Shown here: in pieces, positions 46,762 through 55,989 of the stretch
How the letters are laid out: the number at the start of each line of letters is the position of its first letter
Position numbering within the stretch: the first letter of the stretch is position 1
Origin: Pseudomonadota bacterium
Lineage (GTDB): Bacteria > Pseudomonadota > Gammaproteobacteria > Steroidobacterales > Steroidobacteraceae
Assembly (NCBI GenBank): GCA_039796795.1
Contig: JBDKJA010000001.1
Location: 3,711 to 67,710, forward strand
DNA length: 64,000 nucleotides
Reading direction: 5' to 3'
The notes under the pieces: generated by a model
What the model was told of the DNA's origin: nothing
What the model saw: the letters and a program-made list of their open reading frames with translations, nothing else
The model's database searches: none
Translations under genes and position numbers: made by a program

Positions 46762-47961
46762 CTAATCGACGGCCTGCGCTCCCGCGGTGACGATGGCCGC
46801 CACATCACGGCTGCGTCGGCGAGCTTCGTCGAGAGTGTCGCCACGCGCCAAGGCCACCCCCATCCGTCTTTGACCGCGTACCTCGGGCTTGCCGAACAAA
46901 CGTAACGTGGTGTCTGGCTCGGTCAGCGCCGCCTGAAGATTTGAAAATTGCAAATTCGCGGTATCCGCTTCGATCAGGATGGCGGTTGAAGCGGAGGGGC
47001 CGAGTGCGCGGATATGGGGTATCGGTAAACCGAGGATCGCTCTAAGGTGCAAGGCGAACTCGGATAAATCTTGAGAGATCAGGGTGACGAGCCCCGTATC
47101 GTGCGGTCGAGGTGATACTTCACTGAACCACACCTCGTCGCCCTTCACGAAGAGCTCGACTCCGAAAAGCCCCCGCCCACCGAGTGCATCGGTGATCCGC
47201 AGCGCAATGTCACGACTACGCGCCAGCGCCGCGGCGCTCATGGGGTGGGGCTGCCATGACTCTCGGTAATCACCACTGATCTGCAAGTGACCGATCGGGT
47301 CGCAAAAGGCAGTTCCGTTCGCATGCCTTACCGTGAGTAGGGTGATTTCATAGTCGAACTCGACGAAACCTTCGACGATTACTCGACCCGCACCTGCTCG
47401 GCCACCTTCTTGGGCGTAGCGCCATGCCTCCTGGGCGTCGGCCTTCTCTTTGATCACGCTTTGCCCCTTACCCGAACTCGACATGACAGGTTTCACGACA
47501 CAGGGTGTACCAATGTCGTCGAGTGCTTCGAGATACTCCTCAAGGGTAGAGGCGAATCGATAGCGCGAGGTCGGCAATCCCAATTGTTCGGCGGCAAGAC
47601 GTCGGATGCCCTCTCGATCCATGGTGAGCTTGGCAGCTTTCGCTGTCGGGACGATGTGAAAACCCTCGGCTTCGAGTCGGAGGAGCTCATCGGTTGCAAT
47701 GGCTTCGATCTCTGGGACGATGAAATCCGGACGTTCGCGTAAAACGATATCGCGCAAAGCCTCTGCATCGAGCATGCGAATGACATGGGATCGGTGTGCA
47801 ACCTGCATGGCAGGCGCGTTCGCGTATCGATCGACGGCGATGACCTCAATACCGAGACGTTGCGCTTCGATGGCGACCTCTTTGCCAAGTTCACCCGAGC
47901 CGAGCAGCATCAAGCGCGTGGCGCCGCGCGAACCTGGAGTGCCGATGGTGGTAGACATCAT
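46762..47961 (-). CDS. purT: formate-dependent phosphoribosylglycinamide formyltransferase (GAR transformylase 2)
   Basis: [19 protein letters not shown] matches the E. coli PurT N-terminus. ATP-grasp fold, 399 aa. Confidence 0.95.
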   Translation of the reverse strand: MMSTTIGTPGSRGATRLMLLGSGELGKEVAIEAQRLGIEVIAVDRYANAPAMQVAHRSHVIRMLDAEALRDIVLRERPDFIVPEIEAIATDELLRLEAEGFHIVPTAKAAKLTMDREGIRRLAAEQLGLPTSRYRFASTLEEYLEALDDIGTPCVVKPVMSSSGKGQSVIKEKADAQEAWRYAQEGGRAGAGRVIVEGFVEFDYEITLLTVRHANGTAFCDPIGHLQISGDYRESWQPHPMSAAALARSRDIALRITDALGGRGLFGVELFVKGDEVWFSEVSPRPHDTGLVTLISQDLSEFALHLRAILGLPIPHIRALGPSASTAILIEADTANLQFSNLQAALTEPDTTLRLFGKPEVRGQRRMGVALARGDTLDEARRRSRDVAAIVTAGAQAVD

Positions 47962-48012
47962 GTTCCTCGCGTTAGACTCGGACTGAGTTTAACCTTGTAA
48001 AGCAGGTCTGCC

Positions 48013-48255
48013 ATGTCTGATCCCGTTGTCGCGAGTCGCACGCCCGTCGCAGTAGATGTAGAGGCAGGCAAGACGTACTGGTGGTGCAGTTGTGGCAAGT
48101 CGGCCAAGCAGCCATTTTGTGATGGGTCTCATAAAGGGACCGATTTCACTCCGGTGAAATACGAGGCGACAGCTTCCACCAAAGTTTGGTTTTGCGGCTG
48201 CAAGCATACGGCCAACGCCCCTCTATGCGACGGGGCGCACAAGAAACTGCCCTGA
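48013..48255 (+). CDS. CDGSH-type iron-sulfur domain protein (two CDGSH motifs)
   Basis: CSCGKSAKQPFCDGSHKG and CGCKHTANAPLCDGAHK. 80 aa. Confidence 0.9.
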   Translation: MSDPVVASRTPVAVDVEAGKTYWWCSCGKSAKQPFCDGSHKGTDFTPVKYEATASTKVWFCGCKHTANAPLCDGAHKKLP

Positions 48256-49364
48256 TGGCGTATCGAGCCGAGCGTCACAACGAGACGCTTCGGTTGTCGC
48301 TATTCGGCGACTGGACCATTCAACGTGTCGGCGAAATCGAGCGCTCACTGAAGGCGCTGGCACTCGATGGCGTCATCGTTGTTCATCTCGATTTATCAGC
48401 TATTGAATCGCTCGATCTATCGGGTGCTTGGCTGATCCATGATCTGCGGGTGCGGCTCGCAGTCGACCGCGCCGTCGAGTTGGCATCGCCCGACCCGCCG
48501 ATGTTACGGCTGGTCGCCCAAACGCTCGGCAGGAGTGGATTGGCAGAGCCGTCAGTCGGAAGCGGTTCTCGCTCGATGGTCGAAAATCTGGGTCGTCACG
48601 CTTGGGGTCGGGTTGCGGGCTGGCTTGAAGGTCTGGCGTTTCTCGGCGCCACGGTGCTCCGATTTCTGAGTGCCTTGAAGGATCCGCGGGTTTGGCGCCC
48701 GATTTCGATTGCGCGACATGTGTACGACACGGGGCTTACCGCCATACCGATCGTGGCGCTGATTGCATTTTTGATCGCCGTCATCATCGCCTATATGGGC
48801 GCGCAGCAGTTGCAGCAGTTCGGCGCGGATATTTTTGTTGTCGACTTGGTAACGGTGGGCGTTCTGCGCGAACTTGGCGTGTTGTTGACTGCCATTATCG
48901 TCGCTGGACGCTCGGGGAGCGCGTTCGCTGCCGAGATCGGAGCTATGAAGCTCAATCAAGAGATCGATGCACTGAAAGCGACCGGAGTCGAACCCATCGA
49001 AGTTCTCGTATTGCCACGTTGGATTGGTCTTGTTATTGCGCTCCCGTTACTCACCGTCATTGCCGATGCGGTGGGGGTAGCAGGTGGCGCTTTGTTGTGT
49101 CATTTGCTGCTCGACATGCCGCTTGTTCAATATTTCCAAAGAGTCGACGAGTCGATTGCGGCGTGGACCTTCTGGGTCGGCATCATCAAAGCGCCGGTAT
49201 TTGCCGTTCTCATCGCGGCGGCAGGCACCTATCGCGGCATGCAAGTTCGCGGATCCTCGCGGGAGCTGGGTCGCTTGACGACGGTTGCGGTAGTTCAGGC
49301 AATCTTTATGGTGATCCTCGCTGACGCGCTGTTCGCCGTTCTCTTCATGGAGATCGGCATATGA
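48255..49364 (+). CDS. MlaE-family ABC permease with N-terminal STAS domain
   Basis: ATG 48255 overlaps the CDGSH stop (TGATG). The N-terminal roughly 100 aa look STAS-like (LRLSLFGDWTIQRVGEIERSL...LDLSAIESLDLSGAWLI), followed by MlaE TM blocks (...AIIVAGRSGSAFAAEIGAMKLNQEIDAL...). Confidence 0.85.
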   Translation: MAYRAERHNETLRLSLFGDWTIQRVGEIERSLKALALDGVIVVHLDLSAIESLDLSGAWLIHDLRVRLAVDRAVELASPDPPMLRLVAQTLGRSGLAEPSVGSGSRSMVENLGRHAWGRVAGWLEGLAFLGATVLRFLSALKDPRVWRPISIARHVYDTGLTAIPIVALIAFLIAVIIAYMGAQQLQQFGADIFVVDLVTVGVLRELGVLLTAIIVAGRSGSAFAAEIGAMKLNQEIDALKATGVEPIEVLVLPRWIGLVIALPLLTVIADAVGVAGGALLCHLLLDMPLVQYFQRVDESIAAWTFWVGIIKAPVFAVLIAAAGTYRGMQVRGSSRELGRLTTVAVVQAIFMVILADALFAVLFMEIGI

Positions 49365-50131
49365 GCGCCGATTCGGTGATTGTGGTGAGTGATATCGTCA
49401 ATCGCTTCGACTCTCAGACCGTACACGATGGTCTTTGCATGCAAGTGGAGCGCGGCGAAATTTTCGGTATCGTCGGGGGATCCGGATCAGGCAAAAGCGT
49501 CTTGCTCAACACGATTCTGGGTCTGCGGCGTCCGCAACGAGGGCGAGTGGAGCTCTCGGGCGTCGATATCACCACGCTCGCGGACTCACAGTTACGCGGG
49601 CTTAAGATGACGTACGGTGTGACGTTTCAAGCGGGCGCGCTCTTCAGTTCGCTAACCGTTCTGCAGAACGTACAACTACCGATGCTGGAGCACCTTGATC
49701 TCTCGGATCGTGCGCTCGAGGAATTGGCGTTACTCAAGGTCTTACTGGTGGGATTGCCGGCTGAAGCAGCCTACAAATATCCCTCTCAGCTCTCGGGGGG
49801 CATGATTAAGCGCGCGGCATTGGCTCGCGCACTCGCGCTTGATCCAAAGCTCTTATTTCTCGATGAGCCTACCTCGGGGCTAGACCCGATCAGTGCGGCT
49901 GCTTTCGACGAGTTATTGGTGGGCCTACAGAGGGAGCTAGGTTTGACTGTGGTCATGATCACTCACGATCTGGACACCATATTTCGAACCTGTAATCGTG
50001 TCGGCGTCATCGTTGATCGAAAGATGATCTCAGGCACACTCGAGGAAATCGTCAATAACCCGCATCCTTGGATCCGGGAGTACTTCCACGGCGCCAGAGC
50101 CAGTCGTTTCGGAGCATCTCGTGGAGCGTGA
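49361..50131 (+). CDS. MlaF-like ABC transporter ATP-binding protein
   Basis: Walker A GGSGSGKS, signature LSGGMIKR, Walker B LLFLDEPTSGLD. Confidence 0.9.
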   Translation: MSADSVIVVSDIVNRFDSQTVHDGLCMQVERGEIFGIVGGSGSGKSVLLNTILGLRRPQRGRVELSGVDITTLADSQLRGLKMTYGVTFQAGALFSSLTVLQNVQLPMLEHLDLSDRALEELALLKVLLVGLPAEAAYKYPSQLSGGMIKRAALARALALDPKLLFLDEPTSGLDPISAAAFDELLVGLQRELGLTVVMITHDLDTIFRTCNRVGVIVDRKMISGTLEEIVNNPHPWIREYFHGARASRFGASRGA

Positions 50132-51056
50132 AGCAAACTACACCGCCGTCGGCGCATTCGTGCTGTTGGTCATAGGCATGGCGATCGCATTCGTCTATTG
50201 GTATTCCGATGGGCGTAGCGCGCGCTCTTATGAGCGCTATGAGGTTTACTTCGAAGGCTCGGTCAGTGGGCTGAATGTAGGCAGCACGGTTCGCTATCTG
50301 GGTGTCGATATCGGGCGTGTCATTGATTTGAATATTGATCGTCGCTCGGCAGCTCGCGTACAGGTGATCGTCGATATCGACTCAGCTGCGCCGATTTCTG
50401 ACAAAACGGTAGCGGAGTTGTCGCTGCTGGGTGTGACGGGTTTGCTGTACATCGATCTTCTCGGTAATGCAGGGACCAAGAAGTTAGCGCCGGCCGTGGC
50501 GAGTGAGTCTTATCCAGTCATTCGTTCGGTTAGATCCGGTTTCGACGTGTTTCTCTCCGGTGTGCCTGAGGTCATGGGTCGTGCTTCGGAGGTGGCGCAG
50601 CGAGCGAGTCGTTTGTTGTCAGACGACAATCTGGATGCACTTTCGAGCACGATCGTGAATCTCGAGAAAGCGAGTCGGTTACTCCCCTCGACGGTGAGCG
50701 AGGCGCAGGCCTTGGCGCGAGAGTTACGTTCAATGTCACGCGATTTGACAGCCGTTGCAGGTTCTTTGCGACAGATGACGGAGCAAAGTGCGCCGCTGGT
50801 GTCGCAGAGCGTTGGTAAGCTATCCCAAGCTTCCGATAATCTGCTCTCCGCCAGTACCAAAATAGACACTTTGTTGTCAGAGAGTGCGGGCGGAATAACT
50901 CAGTTCGCGCAGCAAGGGCTTCCGGAGTTCGAGAGTCTGTTGCGTGAGACACGTGCAACCGCCGAGGAAGTGAAAGAACTGTCTCGCGAATTACGAGAAG
51001 AGCCTTCGAGTCTCTTGTACGAGAAGAAACCGCGCGGAATCGAGGTGCCACGATGA
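50121..51056 (+). CDS. MlaD/MCE-domain substrate-binding protein
   Basis: N-terminal TM (ANYTAVGAFVLLVIG), an MCE fold region (GLNVGSTVRYLGVDIGRV) and a long helical C-terminus. GTG 50121 overlaps the upstream gene. Confidence 0.85.
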   Translation: MEREANYTAVGAFVLLVIGMAIAFVYWYSDGRSARSYERYEVYFEGSVSGLNVGSTVRYLGVDIGRVIDLNIDRRSAARVQVIVDIDSAAPISDKTVAELSLLGVTGLLYIDLLGNAGTKKLAPAVASESYPVIRSVRSGFDVFLSGVPEVMGRASEVAQRASRLLSDDNLDALSSTIVNLEKASRLLPSTVSEAQALARELRSMSRDLTAVAGSLRQMTEQSAPLVSQSVGKLSQASDNLLSASTKIDTLLSESAGGITQFAQQGLPEFESLLRETRATAEEVKELSRELREEPSSLLYEKKPRGIEVPR

Positions 51057-51676
51057 AGGCTGCCGCTATTTCTTTGTTGTGTCTGCTTACCGGATGCGCT
51101 TCGACATTCGATAGCGAACGCCCCTTGGCAGACGAATACTCGCTCAAGACGACGATCGATCGGGCCGAGTTGGCGACCACGACACCCTTGAGCGCACCGA
51201 TCCAACTGATGCGCATCGAGGCAGCGCCAGGCTATGACACGCGATCGATTTTGGTGACGCAGCCCGATGGCCGATTGGACGTTCTGGCCAATGCGCGTTG
51301 GGTCGGTTCGATTCCGAGTCTGCTTGAGGTCGCTGTAGTAGATCAGTTGCGTGCGGCTGGCTTCGATGCCCACGCCGATTCGGCTGCGCTTGCGGCGCCC
51401 TATACTTTGCGAATGATCGTCAGACGTTTCGATGCCGAATACACGACGGCTGGCGATTCTGATCAAGCGGCTCAGCCGACGATTCGTGTCGATCTCGATG
51501 TGAGTCTGATCCGCCGACGTGACCGGCTTCCGATGGGTACCTGGCGGGTCTCGGGCGCCGCGTTGGCGGCGGAAAACCGGCGGGTGGCTATTGTCTCGGC
51601 CTTCGGTTCGGCCACCCGTCTCGCCCTCGAAGGGCTATCGGGCGAGTTATCAGCGGTCACGGCCCTGAAACAATAA
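51053..51676 (+). CDS. ABC-type transport auxiliary lipoprotein (DUF330/PqiC-like)
   Basis: Lipobox LLTGCAS. About 207 aa. It is the last gene of the Mce-type operon and overlaps the upstream gene by 4 nt. Confidence 0.75.
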   Translation: MKAAAISLLCLLTGCASTFDSERPLADEYSLKTTIDRAELATTTPLSAPIQLMRIEAAPGYDTRSILVTQPDGRLDVLANARWVGSIPSLLEVAVVDQLRAAGFDAHADSAALAAPYTLRMIVRRFDAEYTTAGDSDQAAQPTIRVDLDVSLIRRRDRLPMGTWRVSGAALAAENRRVAIVSAFGSATRLALEGLSGELSAVTALKQ

Positions 51677-51765
51677 CCCCTTAATATTTCTCAGGTTTTC
51701 GGCGTCGTCCCGTCCCTTCCCCGAGGCTTGTTCAGCTTTGTCCAATATTTGTACGGGACAAATAC

Positions 51766-51793
51766 TTGACATGCCTCGAGGCGCCGCTAAACT
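51766..51793 (+). promoter_or_regulatory. near-consensus sigma70 promoter with no downstream ORF
   Basis: TTGACA (51766-51771), a 16-nt spacer, then TAAACT (51788-51793). Confidence 0.45.
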
Positions 51794-51798
51794 TTCGC

Positions 51799-51866
51799 TC
51801 GTCAACCGTCCCTTCTGACGAGTGACCCCCGTTTGGGCGGATCGCAAGATCCGCCCTTTTCTTTTT
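51799..51866 (+). ncRNA. candidate small RNA (about 65-70 nt; hairpin with a C/U-rich loop plus an intrinsic terminator)
   Basis: It lies downstream of the promoter above. Stem CGCTCGTCA/TGACGAGTG (51796-51824) has loop ACCGTCCCTTC, followed by the terminator hairpin and U-tract. No ORF longer than 15 codons. I did not recognise it as a known RNA family. Confidence 0.35.
51835..51866 (+). terminator. intrinsic terminator
   Basis: GGGCGGATC-gcaa-GATCCGCCC (9-bp perfect stem) followed by TTTTCTTTTT. Confidence 0.85.
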
Positions 51867-51900
51867 CGGGGTCTTCCGCGGCCGCCCCGCAGCGGGGCGA

Positions 51901-53805
51901 TCAGTCTGACGATGCGGCGGCTTCGAGCTCCGCGCCGAGTTCGAGCCAGCGCTCTTCCAGAGTTTCGATCTGCTTGACCAGCACCCCTAAGCGTTGAGGT
52001 ACCGTCCGCATCGCGGGATCGCTGGAGTTGGACGACGCTGCATCGAGCATTTGCTGTTCCAGTTCGCGTCGCTGCGCCGACAATCGCTCTAGGTCCTTCT
52101 CGACGGTTTTGAGCTCGGTACGCAGAGACGCTAATTGCTGCCGTGCTGCTGCGTCACGGCGACGCTGTTCACGACGATCGACCACGTCGTCGCTACGTCG
52201 CGCGGGACTCGATGTCCCTGATCGAACGTCGCGGGCCAACGACTGCGCGTAGTCTTGTAGATCGCCGTCAAAGCGCGTCGCAGCGCCATCGCGAACCAAC
52301 CAAAACTCGTCACAAACGCTGCCCAGTAATCCTCGATCATGCGATACGAGGATGACGGCACCAGAAAATTCCTGCAGCGCGAGTAATAACGAATCGCGCA
52401 TTTCGAGATCGAGATGGTTGGTCGGTTCGTCGAGTAACAATAAATTGGGTCGACGTGCGACCAGAATCGCGAGCGACAGTCGGGCGCGCTCACCACCTGA
52501 GAAATGTTTGACCGACTCGAAGACTCGATCACCTTGAAATCCGAACGACCCTAAGTGATCACGCTTTTGCTGTTCGGGCCATTGCGCAACGACGGCGCCG
52601 CCACGACGCGTGAGTTCTAATATGGCGGTGCTCGATGCATCGAGCTGATCGACTTCTAATTGTGCGAAAAATCCCACCTCGAGATCCGGTGCCGACGTGA
52701 TCGTGCCGCCAAGCGGCGCCAGCTGCCCGGCGATACTCTTTATTAATGTGGATTTACCGGCGCCGTTACGCCCCAGAATGCCGATGCGCGCACCCGGTGG
52801 AATCGAGAGCGAGAAGTCGTTGATGATGATCTGCTCGCCGTAGCCAGCTGTGATGCGATCGAGTGACACGAGCGGTACGGGTAGCTTGCGTGGCTCTAAA
52901 AACTGCCAGTCGAATGTATGTTCGACGCGCTGGGTCACGAGCGTCGGCAGTCTTTCCAGCCATTTCAAGCGACTTTGTGCTTGCCTTGCTTTGCTCGCTT
53001 TTGCGCGGAAGCGCTCGACGAAGCTGCGAACATGTTCGGCTTCTCGCCGGATTTTCTCGTTCTGCGCTTGCTGTTGTGCGAGCCGTGCGGCGCGTTGTGT
53101 CTCGAACTCCGAGAAGTTACCGCTGTAAGCCGTGAGTGAGCCCAAACTAACATGCAGCACGCGGTTGATCACGGCATCCAGGAAGTCTCGATCGTGCGAC
53201 ACCAGCATAAGCGTACCCGGATAACTCTGTAGCCAGCGCTCCAGCCAGAGCACGGCATCGAGGTCCAAGTGGTTGGTCGGCTCGTCGAGGAGCAAAACAT
53301 CGGATGGGCACATCAGCGCCTTGGCGAGATTCGCTCGCATGCGCAGTCCGCCCGAAAACTCTTTGATCGGCTGATCGATACGTTTCGGATCGAATCCGAG
53401 TCCGTCCAGCAGAGCGGCCGCTCGACTGCGCGCGGTGTATCCGCCGAGTTGATCGAAATCTGCCAAAGCTTGAGCGTGCTGAATCCCGTCTTCGCGACGC
53501 TCTGCCTCGGCGAGAATTTGCTCGCATCGACGCAAGGCGATATCGCCGTCGATGACATGCTCGATCACGGCGCGATCCGAGTCGGGTAACTCTTGGATGA
53601 CCGACGCGAAGGTCAAGCCACCCGGGATCTCGAGATCACCCTGATCGGGAGTCAGTTCACCCTTGATCAGCGCGAGCAAGGACGATTTACCGCTACCGTT
53701 ACGGCCGACGATACCGACTTTCTCGCCGCGCAGAATGCTGGCTGTGGCGGAGTCGAGGAGAGGCTCGGGACCGCGCCGGAGCCGAATGTTTCGCAAGTGA
53801 ATCAC
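51901..53805 (-). CDS. ABC-F family ATPase (YheS/Uup-like, two ABC domains plus C-terminal coiled coil)
   Basis: Two Walker A motifs (GRNGSGKSS, GRNGAGKST) and two signatures (FSGGLRMR, FSGGERAR). The start is set at GTG 53805 (VIHLRNIRLRRG). Longer ORF versions would overlap the divergent DsbA-like gene. Confidence 0.9.
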   Translation of the reverse strand: MIHLRNIRLRRGPEPLLDSATASILRGEKVGIVGRNGSGKSSLLALIKGELTPDQGDLEIPGGLTFASVIQELPDSDRAVIEHVIDGDIALRRCEQILAEAERREDGIQHAQALADFDQLGGYTARSRAAALLDGLGFDPKRIDQPIKEFSGGLRMRANLAKALMCPSDVLLLDEPTNHLDLDAVLWLERWLQSYPGTLMLVSHDRDFLDAVINRVLHVSLGSLTAYSGNFSEFETQRAARLAQQQAQNEKIRREAEHVRSFVERFRAKASKARQAQSRLKWLERLPTLVTQRVEHTFDWQFLEPRKLPVPLVSLDRITAGYGEQIIINDFSLSIPPGARIGILGRNGAGKSTLIKSIAGQLAPLGGTITSAPDLEVGFFAQLEVDQLDASSTAILELTRRGGAVVAQWPEQQKRDHLGSFGFQGDRVFESVKHFSGGERARLSLAILVARRPNLLLLDEPTNHLDLEMRDSLLLALQEFSGAVILVSHDRGLLGSVCDEFWLVRDGAATRFDGDLQDYAQSLARDVRSGTSSPARRSDDVVDRREQRRRDAAARQQLASLRTELKTVEKDLERLSAQRRELEQQMLDAASSNSSDPAMRTVPQRLGVLVKQIETLEERWLELGAELEAAASSD

Positions 53806-53833
53806 GGGCGCGATTCTACGCGAGTGCTTGTGT

Positions 53834-54490
53834 ATGCTCGTCGCCGTGCGAATCGAAATTTTCTCCGACATCGTCTGTCCTTGGTGTTTCGTCGGGCAAA
53901 GTCGTCTTGCGGCGGCATTGGCTAAGCGGCCCGAGATGACAGCAGAGGTCATCTGGCTGCCTTTCGAGTTAAATCCCGCCATGCCGACGGAAGGTCGGCC
54001 GCGTGCGGACTATCTGCGCGAGCGTTTCGGCGACGTGAACCGATTTGCCGATGCCCAGAGGCAACTAAAGGAGATCGGCGAGCAGGAAGGCATTCGATTC
54101 GATTTCAGTGGCATTCAACGTATGCCGAATACTCGACGGGCTCATGTTTTGTTGGCCTACGTTCGTCGCGAGAATCCTGCTCTACAGACTCGTGCCGCTC
54201 GGCTTTTGTTCGAGGCTTACTTCAGCGAAGGTTTGGATATTGGCGACCCGCACTGTCTCGCGGCGTTAGCGGAAAGACTCGGTCTCGATAGTTCGGTCGT
54301 CATGCCCGTGCTTGATGATGCAACTTTGCACGCCGAAGTGCAGGCGCTCGAAGCGCTAGCCGCTCGCTGGAATGTGTCTGGCGTACCGACTTTCATTTTC
54401 GATCGACGCACCGGTTTTTCAGGCGCGCAGCCCGTCGCCGTTTTCGAGCGCGCATTCGACTCTGTACTCGCACAGACTCGCGACTCATGA
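53834..54490 (+). CDS. DsbA-family thioredoxin-fold oxidoreductase (FrnE/2-hydroxychromene-2-carboxylate isomerase-like)
   Basis: RIEIFSDIVCPWCFVGQ (CPWC motif) and ...GVPTFIF... The exact start is uncertain (ATG 53834 or GTG 53846). Confidence 0.85.
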   Translation: MLVAVRIEIFSDIVCPWCFVGQSRLAAALAKRPEMTAEVIWLPFELNPAMPTEGRPRADYLRERFGDVNRFADAQRQLKEIGEQEGIRFDFSGIQRMPNTRRAHVLLAYVRRENPALQTRAARLLFEAYFSEGLDIGDPHCLAALAERLGLDSSVVMPVLDDATLHAEVQALEALAARWNVSGVPTFIFDRRTGFSGAQPVAVFERAFDSVLAQTRDS

Positions 54491-55170
54491 AAGTCGACGA
54501 ATTGACTGGGCGAGCGCGCTCTCATGTGATCGAACTCGACCAGGGTGGTTGCGTACTGCATCGCGAAGCGGTGCAGCCTTATCTCGATCTGCGCAACGCG
54601 GCTAGGGCAGAAGGATATGACTTAGTCGCTGTTTCGTCTTTTCGAGACTTCGACAGGCAGAAATCCATCTGGAACGGTAAGTATCGAGGACAACGACCTG
54701 TGCTCGATCGGCAAGGTCGGGCACTCGATATCACAGCTTGGCCAGTCGCCGATCGTGTTGAGGCGATCTTGTGTTGGTCTGCGATGCCTGGCGCGAGTCG
54801 GCATCATTGGGGTAGCGACATCGACGTGATTGATCGAGCCGCTCTGGCAGCAGACGCCGTGGTCGAGCTCGTGCCCGAGGCTTACCGCGATAACGGTCCA
54901 CATGCGCGATTGCATACATGGTTATCGGAGAACATGGCGCGCTTCGGCTTTTTCCGACCCTATGTCACTGAGCGCGCGGGCGTCAGCCCGGAGCCTTGGC
55001 ACCTGAGTTACGCGCCGGTGTCGATGTCGGCGTTACAAGCGCTGACGCCATCTGTGCTATGCGAAGCATGGCGATCCGCTGATGTCGATGGTGTTGAGTG
55101 GCTGATCGCGAATGTCGACTCCTTACATTCGCGTTATGTCGACGATGTGGACGCGCCCGATCGGGGATGA
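54487..55170 (+). CDS. M15-family zinc peptidase (D-Ala-D-Ala / LD-carboxypeptidase, VanY-like)
   Basis: Motifs SSFRDFDRQ, SRHHWGSDIDV and EPWHLSY. Confidence 0.8.
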   Translation: MKVDELTGRARSHVIELDQGGCVLHREAVQPYLDLRNAARAEGYDLVAVSSFRDFDRQKSIWNGKYRGQRPVLDRQGRALDITAWPVADRVEAILCWSAMPGASRHHWGSDIDVIDRAALAADAVVELVPEAYRDNGPHARLHTWLSENMARFGFFRPYVTERAGVSPEPWHLSYAPVSMSALQALTPSVLCEAWRSADVDGVEWLIANVDSLHSRYVDDVDAPDRG

Positions 55171-55176
55171 GCGTCG

Positions 55177-55953
55177 CTAAATTTTGAACTCCGCCAGTAC
55201 AGGCGTGTGATCTGACGGCCTGTCGGCACGACGCGGTTCTTTGTCGATACGCGCGGCGACACACTGAGTTGCCAACGAGCTCGAAGCTAAGATCAGATCA
55301 ATACGAAGCCCAGCGTTGCGGCGAAAGCCTGCTGCTCGGTAATCCCACCAACTGTACGATTTCTCTGGCTGATCGAACTGACGAAAGACATCGACCAATC
55401 CCGCTTGTAGCAATCGACGATACGCGTCGCGTTCTGGTTCGCTGACATGCACGTGCCCGACCCAGGCAGCCGGATCGTGTACATCACGATCTTCTGGTGC
55501 GATGTTGAAGTCACCCAAGACCACCAGATGCTTCTCGAGCGTCAGTAGTGACTCTAGCCATTGTTGCAGTGCATCGAGCCAGCGCAGCTTATAAGCGTAC
55601 TTATCAGAGCCCGGCTCTTGTCCATTGGGAACGTATAGATCAACGACGACCATCCCAGCCGTACGAACTGCGAGTACCCGCTTTTGTTCGTCGTCGAAGC
55701 CAGGAATGCCGGTGGCAACAACGTCGATCGGCTGGCGCGACAGCACGGCGACTCCGTTATAGGTTCGCTGTCCGCTGTAAGCGCATTGATAGCCCAGCGC
55801 CTCGATATCCGCCACCGGAAAGTCTGAATCTGGAAGCTTCGTTTCCTGCAGGGCAATGATGTCCGGCTTGCTATCGGCGACCCATGTGGCGAGCTGCGGT
55901 AATCGAACTCGCAGCGAGTTGACGTTCCAGGTGGCGATGGTGAGGTTAGGCAT
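55177..55953 (-). CDS. xthA: exodeoxyribonuclease III
   Basis: [12 protein letters not shown], ...LQETK..., and C-terminal ...PSDHTPV. 258 aa. Confidence 0.95.
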   Translation of the reverse strand: MPNLTIATWNVNSLRVRLPQLATWVADSKPDIIALQETKLPDSDFPVADIEALGYQCAYSGQRTYNGVAVLSRQPIDVVATGIPGFDDEQKRVLAVRTAGMVVVDLYVPNGQEPGSDKYAYKLRWLDALQQWLESLLTLEKHLVVLGDFNIAPEDRDVHDPAAWVGHVHVSEPERDAYRRLLQAGLVDVFRQFDQPEKSYSWWDYRAAGFRRNAGLRIDLILASSSLATQCVAARIDKEPRRADRPSDHTPVLAEFKI

Positions 55954-55989
55954 CTGCCTAGGTTAAACGACCTGTGTACGATAGCGACT

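Noticed and set aside
51771-51818. 15-codon mini-ORF (MPRGAAKLSLVNRPF*) inside the candidate sRNA region.
   Set aside because: Its ATG overlaps the -35 hexamer, so it would not be in the predicted transcript. It has no SD sequence. It is too short to evaluate.
51867-51900. GC hairpin GCCCCGC-a-GCGGGGC just downstream of the ABC-F stop, considered as a minus-strand terminator.
   Set aside because: The loop is too small for the full stem and no U-tract follows on the minus strand. It may add to 3'-end stability but is not a convincing intrinsic terminator.
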